The notes under the pieces are model-generated. The model was not told the DNA's origin. It saw only the letters and a list, made by a program, of their open reading frames with translations, and made no database searches. The translations under genes were made by a program, and so were the position numbers. From NCBI RefSeq assembly GCF_028368995.1, contig NZ_JAQNDL010000001.1, positions 4,416,001-4,480,000 on the forward strand: 64,000 bases of DNA, written 5' to 3'. The stretch comes from Nannocystis bainbridge (lineage in GTDB: Bacteria; Myxococcota_A; Polyangia; Nannocystales; Nannocystaceae). Below, piece by piece: positions 22,188-31,480 of this stretch; within the stretch, counting starts at the first letter, position 1, and the number at the start of each line of letters is the position of its first letter.

Positions 22188-22643
22188 ATGTATCTCCGGA
22201 GAAACAAAGTCCGTTGTGGTGAGTCGCGCAGGACCTACCTGTCCATCGCGCACAATGTCTGGTGGTCCGGCGAGGGGAACAAGAAGGCGCAGAGCCGTCC
22301 CATCGTCGTGGCGAGCTTCGGAGTCGAAGACCAGGTCGATGTCGATCTGGCCCGCGACCTGGTCGCAGCGGTCGAACGCTGCGCCCCGAAGTTCCAGATC
22401 CGCCGAGGCGAGGGCAAAGAAGCGACGATGCGGATCGCCCAGGAGATCCGCAAAATCGAGCCGTTCCTCAAGGTGCTCGCCAGCCGCAAGCTGGGCCTCG
22501 CCCAGCACCTGCCGCCGCACCCGGAGCGCATGGTGATCCTCGAGGCGCTGATCCGCGACAAGCTCAGCGACCCGGCCGACACCACGATCGCCGCCCGCGA
22601 AGAGGCGATCCTGTCGAGCCTCAAGACTCACCTCTCCGCGTAA
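22188..22643 (+). CDS. Hypothetical protein resembling the N-terminal domain of IS1634-family transposases, with no DDE domain
   Basis: MYLRR...YLSIAHNVW...PIVVASFG-EDQVD pattern; GAGGAAGG Shine-Dalgarno; 151 aa with normal codon bias. Confidence 0.7.
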   Translation: MYLRRNKVRCGESRRTYLSIAHNVWWSGEGNKKAQSRPIVVASFGVEDQVDVDLARDLVAAVERCAPKFQIRRGEGKEATMRIAQEIRKIEPFLKVLASRKLGLAQHLPPHPERMVILEALIRDKLSDPADTTIAAREEAILSSLKTHLSA

Positions 22644-22984
22644 ACCCCGACGCCGCCAAGGCATCGCTCCTCCCTCCGGGAGGCGGTGCCGTTTGTCGCC
22701 GGTAAAATTCCTCAGCTATCCACACGCGGCACCGATCCCCACCCCCGGGACCGGTGCCGTCGTCGCGACTGGAGATCGCTTCAAAGGCGATCTCCGAGGC
22801 CTTTCAACGACGGATGCGAAGCGATCTCCGCGGTGCATCGCGGGCGCGCCAGAGGCCCGAACAGTCGCGCGAGCGTGCCCGCGAAGAGGCCGCTCTCGCG
22901 CGAGCACGAGCATGGATGAGGCGATCTCTGTCGGAGAAAGTCGAGTGGCGCGAGCGATACGAGCCGCTCGAGCGAGAGCGATAC

Positions 22985-23262
22985 GAGCCGCGCAAGCGAG
23001 CTGTGCTCACGTGAAGAACGACCGCGCGAGCCGATGCTCCCGTCGGCCCCAGTGCGAACGTCGGCGCTCCGCTCGAGACGAGCCGCGCAAGCGAGCTGTG
23101 CTCGCGTGAAGAACGACCGCGCGAGCCGACGCTCCCGTCGGCCCAGTGCGAACGTCGGCGCTCAGCTCGAGACGAGCCGCGCAAGCGAGCTGTACCGCGT
23201 GACGAACGACCGCAAGCCGACGCTCCGTCGGCTCACGGGCGAACGTCGGCGCTCAGCTCTTG
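22985..23262. repeat. Three tandem copies of a 94-95-bp unit with an internal hairpin
   Basis: Copies begin gagccgcgcaagcgagctgt at 22985, 23080 and 23174; each contains gccgaY-gctcc(c)-gtcggc. Confidence 0.9.
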
Positions 23263-24488
23263 AGCAGCGAGAGCAGCAGCTCCGCCGGCAGAGGCGCGTC
23301 GGGGCGGCGGGACACGAACACGTTGGTGCTGCCGAGGCGCAGCAGCGTGCCGATGCCGAGGCGTGGGGCCAGGACCTCGAGGGCCTTCACCTTCGTGCCG
23401 CCGAGATCGATCTCGCGGGCGCGCTCCTCGAACTTGGGGCGGTTCAGCGGCTGGGCGTCGACGAACACCTCGCTGAAGAACTCGACCTTGACGGCGAAAT
23501 CGATCGCGCGACCGGTGAGGGTCTCCAGCAGCGCGCTCGGCAGACCGTCGGGCAGCGAGCTCTCGATCACCGGCACGATGTAGTTGCTGAGCAGCGAAGC
23601 CTCGGACAGCTCGACCGGGACCAGGACCACGAGGCCGCGCTCGTCCTCGACGTAGCGCAGCGACTTGGCGGCGTTCTCGCTGCGGGCCTGCATCTCCTGC
23701 AGCTCGGCGGCTCGCTCGCTGGCGCGGCGCTTGGTGTCGTCAGCCGCGGTGACCTGCGGCGCCTTGGCCGGAGCCTTGGCCGACTGGTTCGGGGGGCTCG
23801 CGGAGCTCGTGGCACTCACGGGGCTCGAACCACCCGCGGCGCTCGGCGGCGGGGCCGAGAAGCCCTGCGTGAGCCCGCCTCCGCGCGACGGCGGGGGCGG
23901 CGGAGGCGGCTCCTCGCCCATGTCGTCGAGCTCCTCGTCGCCGGCTTCGCCCGGCGGCTGGCCGACCAGCGCCATCAGCAGGTTTTGGTCGTTGCCGGTC
24001 GGCTCCATCAGCGACAGCTCGATGCGGGGACCGCCGGCGAAGCCGTTGGCCAGGTCGTCGACGGTGATCCGCAGCTGATCGACCAGGCGCGTGACCGGCC
24101 AGTGCTGACCCGACGTGTCGCGGTCGCTGTCGTCGGCCGCCAGCGCCTGGCCGCGCTGAGCGACGAGGAAGCCTTCGCGGCGGTTGGGGCCGGAGCGCAC
24201 GTAGTAGACGAAGCACTGCCGCGGCACCGCCTGGCTGGCGGCCAGCGCGATGTCCGGGTTGGTGCGCCAGAACTCGGCGGGGTCCTCGCCGACCACGTTG
24301 CCGTGGATCCGCGCCAGCGCCAGCGGCGACGTCGGGTGCCGGGAGATCTCGAGCGTCGCGTCGAGGATGTTGCGGACCTTGCCGAGCAGCAGCTCGGCGA
24401 TCACGGCCGCAAGCACCGTCGGTCGGAACATGTCGAGCGGGAAGATCAGCCCGCCGTGGCTCGTGGGCGCGGTGGAGAGGGTGTCCAT
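23253..24488 (-). CDS. Hypothetical two-domain protein with Pro/Ser/Ala linker
   Basis: 411-aa ORF with globular N- and C-terminal parts and strong GC3 bias; TATCCT upstream. Confidence 0.8.
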   Translation of the reverse strand: MDTLSTAPTSHGGLIFPLDMFRPTVLAAVIAELLLGKVRNILDATLEISRHPTSPLALARIHGNVVGEDPAEFWRTNPDIALAASQAVPRQCFVYYVRSGPNRREGFLVAQRGQALAADDSDRDTSGQHWPVTRLVDQLRITVDDLANGFAGGPRIELSLMEPTGNDQNLLMALVGQPPGEAGDEELDDMGEEPPPPPPPSRGGGLTQGFSAPPPSAAGGSSPVSATSSASPPNQSAKAPAKAPQVTAADDTKRRASERAAELQEMQARSENAAKSLRYVEDERGLVVLVPVELSEASLLSNYIVPVIESSLPDGLPSALLETLTGRAIDFAVKVEFFSEVFVDAQPLNRPKFEERAREIDLGGTKVKALEVLAPRLGIGTLLRLGSTNVFVSRRPDAPLPAELLLSLLKS

Positions 24489-24506
24489 ACGGGTGGCCGG
24501 AGGATA

Positions 24507-25238
24507 TTAGCCCGGGCCGAGTACAGCCAGCGAGAAGTGCCACTGGCCCGCGGCGAGGTTGGTGGGGAAGCGGCCGACCACGACCTCCGCGCCGGTGGCG
24601 GTCGGGCAGCGATGGAAGTCCGCGAGAGCGTTGTCTGCGCGGCCGGCGTTGGCCCACGGCTCGCGGCAGATGCCCCGCAGGCGTTGCAAGATCTGTCGGA
24701 CCAGCTCGCCGCTGTCCTGATCCGTCAGCTCGCGGGCGACCAGGCCGATGGTGCTGTCGCGACCGAGCTCGAGCTCGAACTCGTGGCCCAGCGCCGCGAA
24801 CGGGGACTTCGGGGCGCAGCGCACGGCCTCGGGCGGCGGGTCCTCCGACAGCGCCTCCGGCACCTCGGCGCACAGCTGCTTGGCCAGCCGCGGCAGCGAG
24901 ACCGTGGTCGAGCCGCCGGCCAGCATCTCGCTGGAGTCGGTGGTGAACTGCGCGAGCGCCTGCCAGTTGTCGCGCACCCCCGTGCCGCGGGGGGTACCCC
25001 GGCCGCCGCTGCTGCCGCCCGAGCCTTTGCTCGCGCCGCCCTGACCGCTGACCGCCTTGTCCCACGCGGCGCGTGACTTCTCGGTCGCGCCCGTGCACGC
25101 GCTGCACGCGAGGACGAGGGCGAGGAGGGGACGCACGCTGCGGACGTAGCACCGGCGGCAGTGAGGGTCTAGCGCCGTCGCACGCCGCCGTCGTGGCGCC
25201 GGCGGGAGCGGGGGTCTCGCCGGCGCCACGACGGGCAT
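24507..25238 (-). CDS. Hypothetical lipoprotein (true start probably near VRPLLALVLAC)
   Basis: Signal/lipobox-like LALVLACSAC, Gly/Ser linker, Cys-containing domain. Confidence 0.65.
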   Translation of the reverse strand: MPVVAPARPPLPPAPRRRRATALDPHCRRCYVRSVRPLLALVLACSACTGATEKSRAAWDKAVSGQGGASKGSGGSSGGRGTPRGTGVRDNWQALAQFTTDSSEMLAGGSTTVSLPRLAKQLCAEVPEALSEDPPPEAVRCAPKSPFAALGHEFELELGRDSTIGLVARELTDQDSGELVRQILQRLRGICREPWANAGRADNALADFHRCPTATGAEVVVGRFPTNLAAGQWHFSLAVLGPG

Positions 25239-25301
25239 GGCCGGGGTTCAGCGCAGCCGACTTGCGGGGTTTAGTGCTGGCCTCCGACCGACCTGGGGGG
25301 T

Positions 25302-26618
25302 CTAGCGCCGCCGCACGCCGCCGACGAACACGCGATCGATCGCGGCCGCGGTGCCCGACAGCCACAGGGCGTCGTGGGCCTGGTCGTCCGGCAGGTCGGC
25401 GAGGTGGGGGTGGTCCAGGTCCGCCGCGCAGGCGTCGAACGGGCTGCCCGCCACCAGGCGGCCGAGCTCGGGGCGGCCGAGGGCGCGAGCGCCTCCCACG
25501 GTGGCGATGTCGAGGAGGGTGCGCGCGACGGGGTCGGGGCCGGCGAGGCAGAGGCGCGCCTGCGCGCGCAGGCGCTCGTGCATCTCGAGCAGGCGGGCCT
25601 CCTGGACGAGATCGATCACGGCGTTGCTGTCGCTGCCGAGGGCCAGGCCGGTGCCGTGCTGGCGGTGCCGCGGAGCCGGGATGATGCCGTCGCCGAGGTC
25701 GGCCTCGGTGGTCGGGCAGGCGCAGACGTTGTGACCGGCGAGCAGGTCGTGGTCGCGGTCCTCGAGGTGGATCGCGTGCACGGCGGTGAAGCTGCCGGGG
25801 CGCGCGAGGCAGCCGGCGTCGGCGAACACTTCGGTGGGGGTGCGGCCGTGCTCGGCGCGGCTCTCGTCGTTCTCGCGCGGCTGCTCGGAGACGTGGGCGT
25901 GCACGACGAGGCCGTGCGCGCGGGCGTAGGCGGCCAGCTCGGTCAGCGCGGTCAACGGGACGGCGCGCACGCTGTGCGGCGCGAGGCCGACCGCGTGGCC
26001 TTCGCTGCGCAAGATGTCGACGCGGGCGAGGTAGCGGTCGACGCTGCCGTCGCAGAAGCGGCGCTGCTCGGGCAGCGCCGGGCGGCCCTCGCCGGCGCGC
26101 GCGTAGTAGACCTCGAGCAGGACGACGCGGATCCCCACCTCGGCGGCGGCGCGCAAGACCTGGCGCGACAGCTCGTTGGCGTCGGCGTAGGGCGTGCCGT
26201 CGGGCGCGTGGTGGAGGTAGTGGAACTCGCCGACGCAGGTGATCCCGGCGCGCAGCATCTCGGCGTAGCAGCGGCGGGTGACGGCGTAGACCTCGTCAGG
26301 GCCGAGGCTGCTGGCGACGCGGTACATGGCCTCGCGCCAGCTCCAGAAGCTCGAAGGATCGCCGTCGCCGCGCCGGTGGGTGCCGCCGCGGATCGCCCGC
26401 TGGAAGGCGTGACTGTGAGCGTTGACGAGGCCGGGGTAGAGGAGCCGACGCCCGAGGTCGTGGACGATCGCGGGCGCGTCGGCGGGCCGGCCGGCCGCGG
26501 TGCGGACGATGACGCCGCGACCGTCGACCTCGACGTACGGCCGCTCGACCCACGCGTCGCCGAGGAGCCCCCAGGCCGCGAGGTAGCCGACGCGATCGTC
26601 ATGTGTTGCTTCGGTCAT
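25302..26618 (-). CDS. hutF: Formimidoylglutamate deiminase (amidohydrolase)
   Basis: PGLVNAHSHAFQRA, FWSWREAMY, GEFHYLHH, APHSVRAV, HVSEQPRE, CPTTEADLGDG, LGSDS. Confidence 0.93.
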   Translation of the reverse strand: MTEATHDDRVGYLAAWGLLGDAWVERPYVEVDGRGVIVRTAAGRPADAPAIVHDLGRRLLYPGLVNAHSHAFQRAIRGGTHRRGDGDPSSFWSWREAMYRVASSLGPDEVYAVTRRCYAEMLRAGITCVGEFHYLHHAPDGTPYADANELSRQVLRAAAEVGIRVVLLEVYYARAGEGRPALPEQRRFCDGSVDRYLARVDILRSEGHAVGLAPHSVRAVPLTALTELAAYARAHGLVVHAHVSEQPRENDESRAEHGRTPTEVFADAGCLARPGSFTAVHAIHLEDRDHDLLAGHNVCACPTTEADLGDGIIPAPRHRQHGTGLALGSDSNAVIDLVQEARLLEMHERLRAQARLCLAGPDPVARTLLDIATVGGARALGRPELGRLVAGSPFDACAADLDHPHLADLPDDQAHDALWLSGTAAAIDRVFVGGVRRR

Positions 26619-26644
26619 CTCTTAAAAATCGAAGCTGTACTTTG

Positions 26645-26703
26645 GGACATGTCCGAAGAGCCATCGGTTTGCTGCTTCTTCGGACATGTTCGATCGGCCA
26701 GGC
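26645..26703. repeat. Two pairs of 14-bp palindromic units
   Basis: ggacatgtcc-gaag-agccatc (cores 26648/26662) and ggacatgttc-gatc-ggccagg (cores 26685/26699). Confidence 0.7.
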
Positions 26704-26709
26704 ACCGCG

Positions 26710-28866
26710 TCACTTGGCCTTCGCGGGGGGCGCCGCTGCGGGGGTCGCGGGCGCGGCGGCTTCGGCGGGCGGGGCGGCGAAGTAGAGCTTGCGCTCCGGG
26801 TAGTCGATCGTGAGGCGGCCGCGGCCGACGAAGTCGAGGCCGAGCATGCCGTCGATGCGGAACTGGTCGCTGCTCTCGCTCTGCTCGAAGTAGCCGTAGG
26901 CGCCGCGGAGGCCGAGGACCTTGAAGGCGTTGCCGACGGTGAACTCGGTCACGTCGACGAGGGCGGCCTCGTTGCGGCGCAGCGGCGGGGCGCCGATGCC
27001 GGCGCGGGCGAACGCCTTGGTGGTGGCGGTGACGGCGACCCCCTGCATGCCGGTGTTGACGAGGAACAGGCCCTCGGCGCCGTTCATGGCCGCGAGCACG
27101 TACAGGAAGTGGGTCTCGTGGAGGTAGAACGGGACGCCGCTGCCGGTGCGGTAGCTCGCCAGGGCGCTCTTGCACTTGGCGATCGGGTTGACGAGCACGA
27201 GCTTGTTGGCGGGCAGGTCGAAGTTGACCTGGAACAGCTCGAGCACGCGGGAGCCGAGCACGGCCTGCGGCGCCGCGCCGGCGCCTCCGGTCATCTGCTC
27301 GAGCACCTGGTGCGGGAAGATGTCGACGGGGATGCCCGAGATCGTGGCGTTGCCGGCCGTGATCGCGTCGAGCTGACCGTGACCGATCTCCGCCCCGCCC
27401 TCGCCGCCGAGCCGCGACTTCGAGCGGACCGGGATCTTCAGCTTGGCCGCGACCTCGCCGTCGAGGATCACGTCGGCCGCGCCGGTGTCGACCAGCGCGC
27501 GCACCTTCTCCTCGCCGATCTGGATGTCGACGAAGGTGACGGTGCCCTCGGTGGCGATCGGCAGCTCGGCGGTGCAGCCGTTGCCCTTGAAGCTGACCTG
27601 CAGCGGCTTGCCGGCGAAGTTGCGGTAACGGCCGGCGAGCTGGGCGTTGGCGTCGCCGAGGTGGTCGAGCGCCTCGGCGACGGCCGGGAAGTCGCGCTGG
27701 TGGCTGGCGATCCAGGCCCGCTGGGCGTGGACGAGGACGTCGCGCACGCCGGCCTTGCCGGCGCGGTCGAGGATCGGCAGGGCATCCTTGTAGCGGCCCT
27801 GCAGCACGCGCGCGCGGGCGAGGATCCACAGCGCCTCGGCCTCCTTGGGCTGGAGCTTGAGGGCGACCTGGGCGGCGTCGGCGGCCTCTTCGAAGTGCGA
27901 GGCGGCCCACAGCGCGCGAGCGAGGGCGACCTGGGCCTCGGCGTTCTTCGGCTCGGCGGCGGCGGCCTCGCGGGCCTTGGCCAGGGCGACGAGCTTCTCG
28001 TCCTTGGCCTTCTCCGGCGGCGGGACCTTGGGGACCTGGAACACCTCGGGCTTGATCGGGGCGTGGTCGATCCGCTGGGTCACGAACACGACCTCCTGGG
28101 TGCGGTCGCCGAACTTGTTGACGAGGCGGATCTTGTGGGCGACGAGGACGCCGTCGATCGGGCGGTAGTCGTCGTAGATGATCTGCTGGCTGATCGGCGG
28201 CTCGGCCTTGTCGTCCTCGAGCAGCTCCTCGGCGAGCAGGCCGGTCTTGCGGTCGTACCACTGGGTCTTCGGCGGCACGAGGTCGCCCTTGCTCGACCAG
28301 CGCACGCCGTCGAGGACCCGCGCATTGCCGTCGAAGTCCTTGTCGCGCGGCTTCTCGAGCGCGAGCTCGATGCCCCGCTTTTCGAAGTCGAAGTACCAGT
28401 GCAGCGCGGCGTCCTCGCGGGTGATGACCGACTCGTCCTCGTCCTCGAGCACGAGGAAGCCGCGGCGGAACTGCCAGCCGGTCTTGCCGTCGTAGCCCTC
28501 TTCTTCGATCTGCTTGTCGATGACGGTGCGCCGGTAGAGCCGCTGGTCGGTCGTCGACTGCAAGGTGAAGGTGCCGACGGTCTCGGTGGCCCGGCAGTTC
28601 TCGTCCTTGTCGGTGCAGCCGGTCTCCGGCAAGAAGGTCATGCGCGCCTCGACGGTGCGCTGGGCGATCTTGCGCAGGGCCTCCTCGCCGCCGAGCGCGG
28701 CGACGAAGCGGTCGACGACCGCCTTGGCCTCGGCCGGGTTGCCGTCCTTGCCACCGGGCGCGTCGAGGTCGCCGACCGGCACTTTGAGGCAGCCGGGGAC
28801 GGCAGCGGCGACGAGCGCGAGGGCGAGGCTGGCGCTCAGGCGGAGACGGCGAGGTGCGAGGGACAT
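26710..28866 (-). CDS. Lipoprotein with TPR repeats and tandem retropepsin-like aspartic protease domains
   Basis: Lipobox VPGC; TPRs (PKNAEAQVALARAL); ALVDTGA...VLGSRVL and FLVNTGM...DGMLGLDF. Confidence 0.85.
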   Translation of the reverse strand: MSLAPRRLRLSASLALALVAAAVPGCLKVPVGDLDAPGGKDGNPAEAKAVVDRFVAALGGEEALRKIAQRTVEARMTFLPETGCTDKDENCRATETVGTFTLQSTTDQRLYRRTVIDKQIEEEGYDGKTGWQFRRGFLVLEDEDESVITREDAALHWYFDFEKRGIELALEKPRDKDFDGNARVLDGVRWSSKGDLVPPKTQWYDRKTGLLAEELLEDDKAEPPISQQIIYDDYRPIDGVLVAHKIRLVNKFGDRTQEVVFVTQRIDHAPIKPEVFQVPKVPPPEKAKDEKLVALAKAREAAAAEPKNAEAQVALARALWAASHFEEAADAAQVALKLQPKEAEALWILARARVLQGRYKDALPILDRAGKAGVRDVLVHAQRAWIASHQRDFPAVAEALDHLGDANAQLAGRYRNFAGKPLQVSFKGNGCTAELPIATEGTVTFVDIQIGEEKVRALVDTGAADVILDGEVAAKLKIPVRSKSRLGGEGGAEIGHGQLDAITAGNATISGIPVDIFPHQVLEQMTGGAGAAPQAVLGSRVLELFQVNFDLPANKLVLVNPIAKCKSALASYRTGSGVPFYLHETHFLYVLAAMNGAEGLFLVNTGMQGVAVTATTKAFARAGIGAPPLRRNEAALVDVTEFTVGNAFKVLGLRGAYGYFEQSESSDQFRIDGMLGLDFVGRGRLTIDYPERKLYFAAPPAEAAAPATPAAAPPAKAK

Positions 28867-28939
28867 GGGCCGGGAGAGTGCCCGAGCGCGCCCCTGGGCT
28901 CAAGTCGGCGGGCGCGCCGGGCGTGGTAAGCTGCCCGCG

Positions 28940-29842
28940 GTGCGGCGCGGCAAACCGATCCGGGCTGCGGCGTGGGGCGCCGCGGCGGCGCTCTTCGTGG
29001 CCGCGGGCTGCGCGGGACTCGGCGGCCGCAGCCGCGAACCAGGGCGCAACGAGGTCGACCCACGCGTGATGGCGGTCGTGACGGCCCGGACGTCGGAGCC
29101 GTGCCGCGCGGCGCTGACGACCGCCCTGGCCGCCGGCGAACAGGTCACCGGCACGTGCGCCGTGATGCAGACCCGGGCGGCCCAGGAGGCGCTGGCGGCC
29201 ACGCGCCAGCGGTCGTTCGGGATCGTCGATCGCGCGACGGTCCGGCTGGCGAGCATGACGCTGGTGCTGTCGCAGGCCCACCTGTGCCGGCGCTGGCCGC
29301 TGCGCACGCCGGGGCAGGGATCGCTCGACGTCGGCGGGGCGCGGCTCGCCGGCTGCAACGTGCGCCGCTACGTCGGGCCGGTCGCGGTCGCGGTGGCCGC
29401 GGCCGACGGGTCGGTGGTGCAAGTGATGACGGTCCGCTCCGACGAGGACGGGCAGGCCGAGGTGTCGTTCGCCGAGGTCGATGCGCTGCTGCGGGCGCGC
29501 GGTCGCGGGGGCCTCGGTTCGTTCGCGGAGCTGCAGGTCGGGCGTGAGGCCTGGGCGGCGCGCGTCGAGCTGCCCGCGCTGCGGACCCAGCTGGCCGAGT
29601 GGCACGCGGCGTGGGTCGGGCTCGGACGCGGGTCGCCGGGGCTGTTCGCCGCGCTCCACCCGGAGGACGAGGCGGCCTCGGGGATGCGCACGCGAGCGCT
29701 CGAGGCGTCGCTGAAGCGCCAGGCCGAGGACGCGGCGGCGGTCGAACGCGGCGAGCTTTCGGCGCGGCGGTTCCTCGAGCGACACGTGTGGTCGCCGTAC
29801 CGCTCGCTGGTCGAGCAGAAGGACGGCCGATCGTCACCATGA
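28940..29842 (+). CDS. Hypothetical lipoprotein
   Basis: GTG 7 nt after TAAGCT; signal peptide ending AAGC; ATGA overlap with the next gene. Confidence 0.65.
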   Translation: MRRGKPIRAAAWGAAAALFVAAGCAGLGGRSREPGRNEVDPRVMAVVTARTSEPCRAALTTALAAGEQVTGTCAVMQTRAAQEALAATRQRSFGIVDRATVRLASMTLVLSQAHLCRRWPLRTPGQGSLDVGGARLAGCNVRRYVGPVAVAVAAADGSVVQVMTVRSDEDGQAEVSFAEVDALLRARGRGGLGSFAELQVGREAWAARVELPALRTQLAEWHAAWVGLGRGSPGLFAALHPEDEAASGMRTRALEASLKRQAEDAAAVERGELSARRFLERHVWSPYRSLVEQKDGRSSP

Positions 29843-30375
29843 CGCCGCGGTCGCAGCGCCTGCGCGTGCACCTGCGGATCGTCGACGGCGACGTCGCGCC
29901 GGTGGTGGCCCGCTATCGCGACCACATCCAGTGCCGGCCAGGCTGCGGGGAGTGCTGCCGCCAGAGCTTCGCGGTGTCGGAGGTCGAGGGCGAGCTGCTG
30001 CGCGAGGGGCTGGCAGCGGCAGAGCCGGCGACCCGGGCGGCGATCGTGGCCCTCGCCCGCGCGTACGCGCCAGGGACGGCGTGCCCGGCGCTGGGGAGCG
30101 ACGAACGCTGCCTGCTCTACGCCCACCGGCCGCGGATCTGCCGCAAGTACGGGATCCCGCTGTGGCACCCGGAGCGCCCGCACGAGCTGAAGACGTGCCG
30201 CCTCAACTTCCGCGGGGTGGCCGACCTCGACGCGGACCTGATCGTCGAACCCCAGGCCGGCTGGGCCGCCGACTGGATCGCGCTGCGCGAGGAGCTGGGG
30301 CTCGGACGGCAGGACAACCGCAGCATCGCGGCGTGGCTGGCCGAGGCTCCGAATCTGTCCGAAGAGACATCTTGA
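29839..30375 (+). CDS. YkgJ-family Cys-cluster (zinc/iron-chelating) protein
   Basis: CRPGCGECC, CPAL...CLLYAHRPRICRKYG. Confidence 0.88.
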   Translation: MTPRSQRLRVHLRIVDGDVAPVVARYRDHIQCRPGCGECCRQSFAVSEVEGELLREGLAAAEPATRAAIVALARAYAPGTACPALGSDERCLLYAHRPRICRKYGIPLWHPERPHELKTCRLNFRGVADLDADLIVEPQAGWAADWIALREELGLGRQDNRSIAAWLAEAPNLSEETS

Positions 30376-30532
30376 AGAGAGCGCCTCGGGGCGGGGAGCA
30401 TGCTGCGGGAGCATGCCCGCAAGAACATGCAGGGCACGTCACGGAGCATGCCCGATAGGGCATGTCGTGGAGAGCATGCCCGATGGAACATGTAGCGAAG
30501 GGCATGTCCGATGCGACATGCCCTTCGGGTCA
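30356..30532. repeat. Longest array of 14-bp palindromic units
   Basis: CATG cores at 30447, 30461, 30475, 30489, 30503 and 30517 (exact 14-bp period), plus 30399, 30412, 30426 and tgtcc-gaag-agaca at 30356. Confidence 0.92.
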
Positions 30533-31480
30533 GTGACCGGAGCCCGGGTCCGGAGCGGGCGCCGCCGGGGCGGGCGCCGCGGGGGACGGGGCGGCCTTGG
30601 CGGGCGCGGGCGTTGCCGGGGCCGCCTTGGTGGGCGCGGGCGCGGGCGGGCCGGGGTTCGTCGGGCCGCCGACCGGCGCCGGCGCGAGGGAGCCGGTCGG
30701 GTTGGGCTGGCGGATGCCCGGGGGCGGGTCGCGGCGCTCGATCTGCAGCGGGATCGAGTCGTTGCCGGAGCTCATGAACGGGCCCACCGGGGCCGTGCCG
30801 CGCTTGACCTGCGGGGTCATCGGCGGCGGCATCGGGCCCTTGCGCGCGGCGGTGCCACCAGTCGCGCGGGTCGGCTGCAGGCCGACGTAGTCGATCTTGG
30901 CGCTGCCGTCCTCGTAGACGAACTTGAAGGCGAGCACGTCGAGGCCATCCTTGCTGAGGTAGGCGCACCACATCGGCTCGGCGCCGTTGCGGACGTAGAT
31001 CTGCGCGGCCGGCGGGACCACCGGCGGGCAGAAGAAGGCCTCCTTGCGGGCGAAGCGGCTGGCGGCGTCGCGGAAGGTGTCGAAGAACTCGCGGCCGCCG
31101 TCGGCGAACACCGGGCGGGCGTCGAACTCGCGGCGGTCGGGGATGCCCCAGCGCGCGTGCTCGGTGAACACGGCGCGCAGGCCGGCGAGGTCGTCCTTGG
31201 CGGCGAGGGTCAGCAGCGCGACGGCGATCCGCTTGGCCTGGAAGGGCAATTGCCAGGTGGCGATCTCGGCGGCGGACGCGACGTCGCGGTCCTCGTACTC
31301 GTGCAGCAGGCTCTCGGGCACCCCCTCGGCGCTGCCGGCCGGCAACGGGCGGGCGGCGGCCGGCACGGGGGCGGGCGGGCTCTCCCGCGGTACTTTGCCG
31401 GCGTGGTGCGGCGTGGTGCAGGCGACCACGAGGCCGGCCAGGACGACGGTACCGAGGCAATTCAGAGGAGCGCGAAGCAT
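30530..31480 (-). CDS. Hypothetical lipoprotein with Pro/Ala-rich tail
   Basis: Lipobox VVAC; globular middle region. Confidence 0.75.
   Translation of the reverse strand: MLRAPLNCLGTVVLAGLVVACTTPHHAGKVPRESPPAPVPAAARPLPAGSAEGVPESLLHEYEDRDVASAAEIATWQLPFQAKRIAVALLTLAAKDDLAGLRAVFTEHARWGIPDRREFDARPVFADGGREFFDTFRDAASRFARKEAFFCPPVVPPAAQIYVRNGAEPMWCAYLSKDGLDVLAFKFVYEDGSAKIDYVGLQPTRATGGTAARKGPMPPPMTPQVKRGTAPVGPFMSSGNDSIPLQIERRDPPPGIRQPNPTGSLAPAPVGGPTNPGPPAPAPTKAAPATPAPAKAAPSPAAPAPAAPAPDPGSGH

Noticed and set aside
22985-23262. Possible CRISPR array
   Set aside because: Units are similar along their whole length with no unique spacers, and there are no cas genes in the window.
30396-30523. Junction 10-mer RRRCATGYYY matches the eukaryotic p53 half-site
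   Set aside because: Isolated copies are usually TGTCC-N4-GGACA, so the 10-mer is probably just the junction between units; no p53-like gene is seen here. Treated as coincidence.
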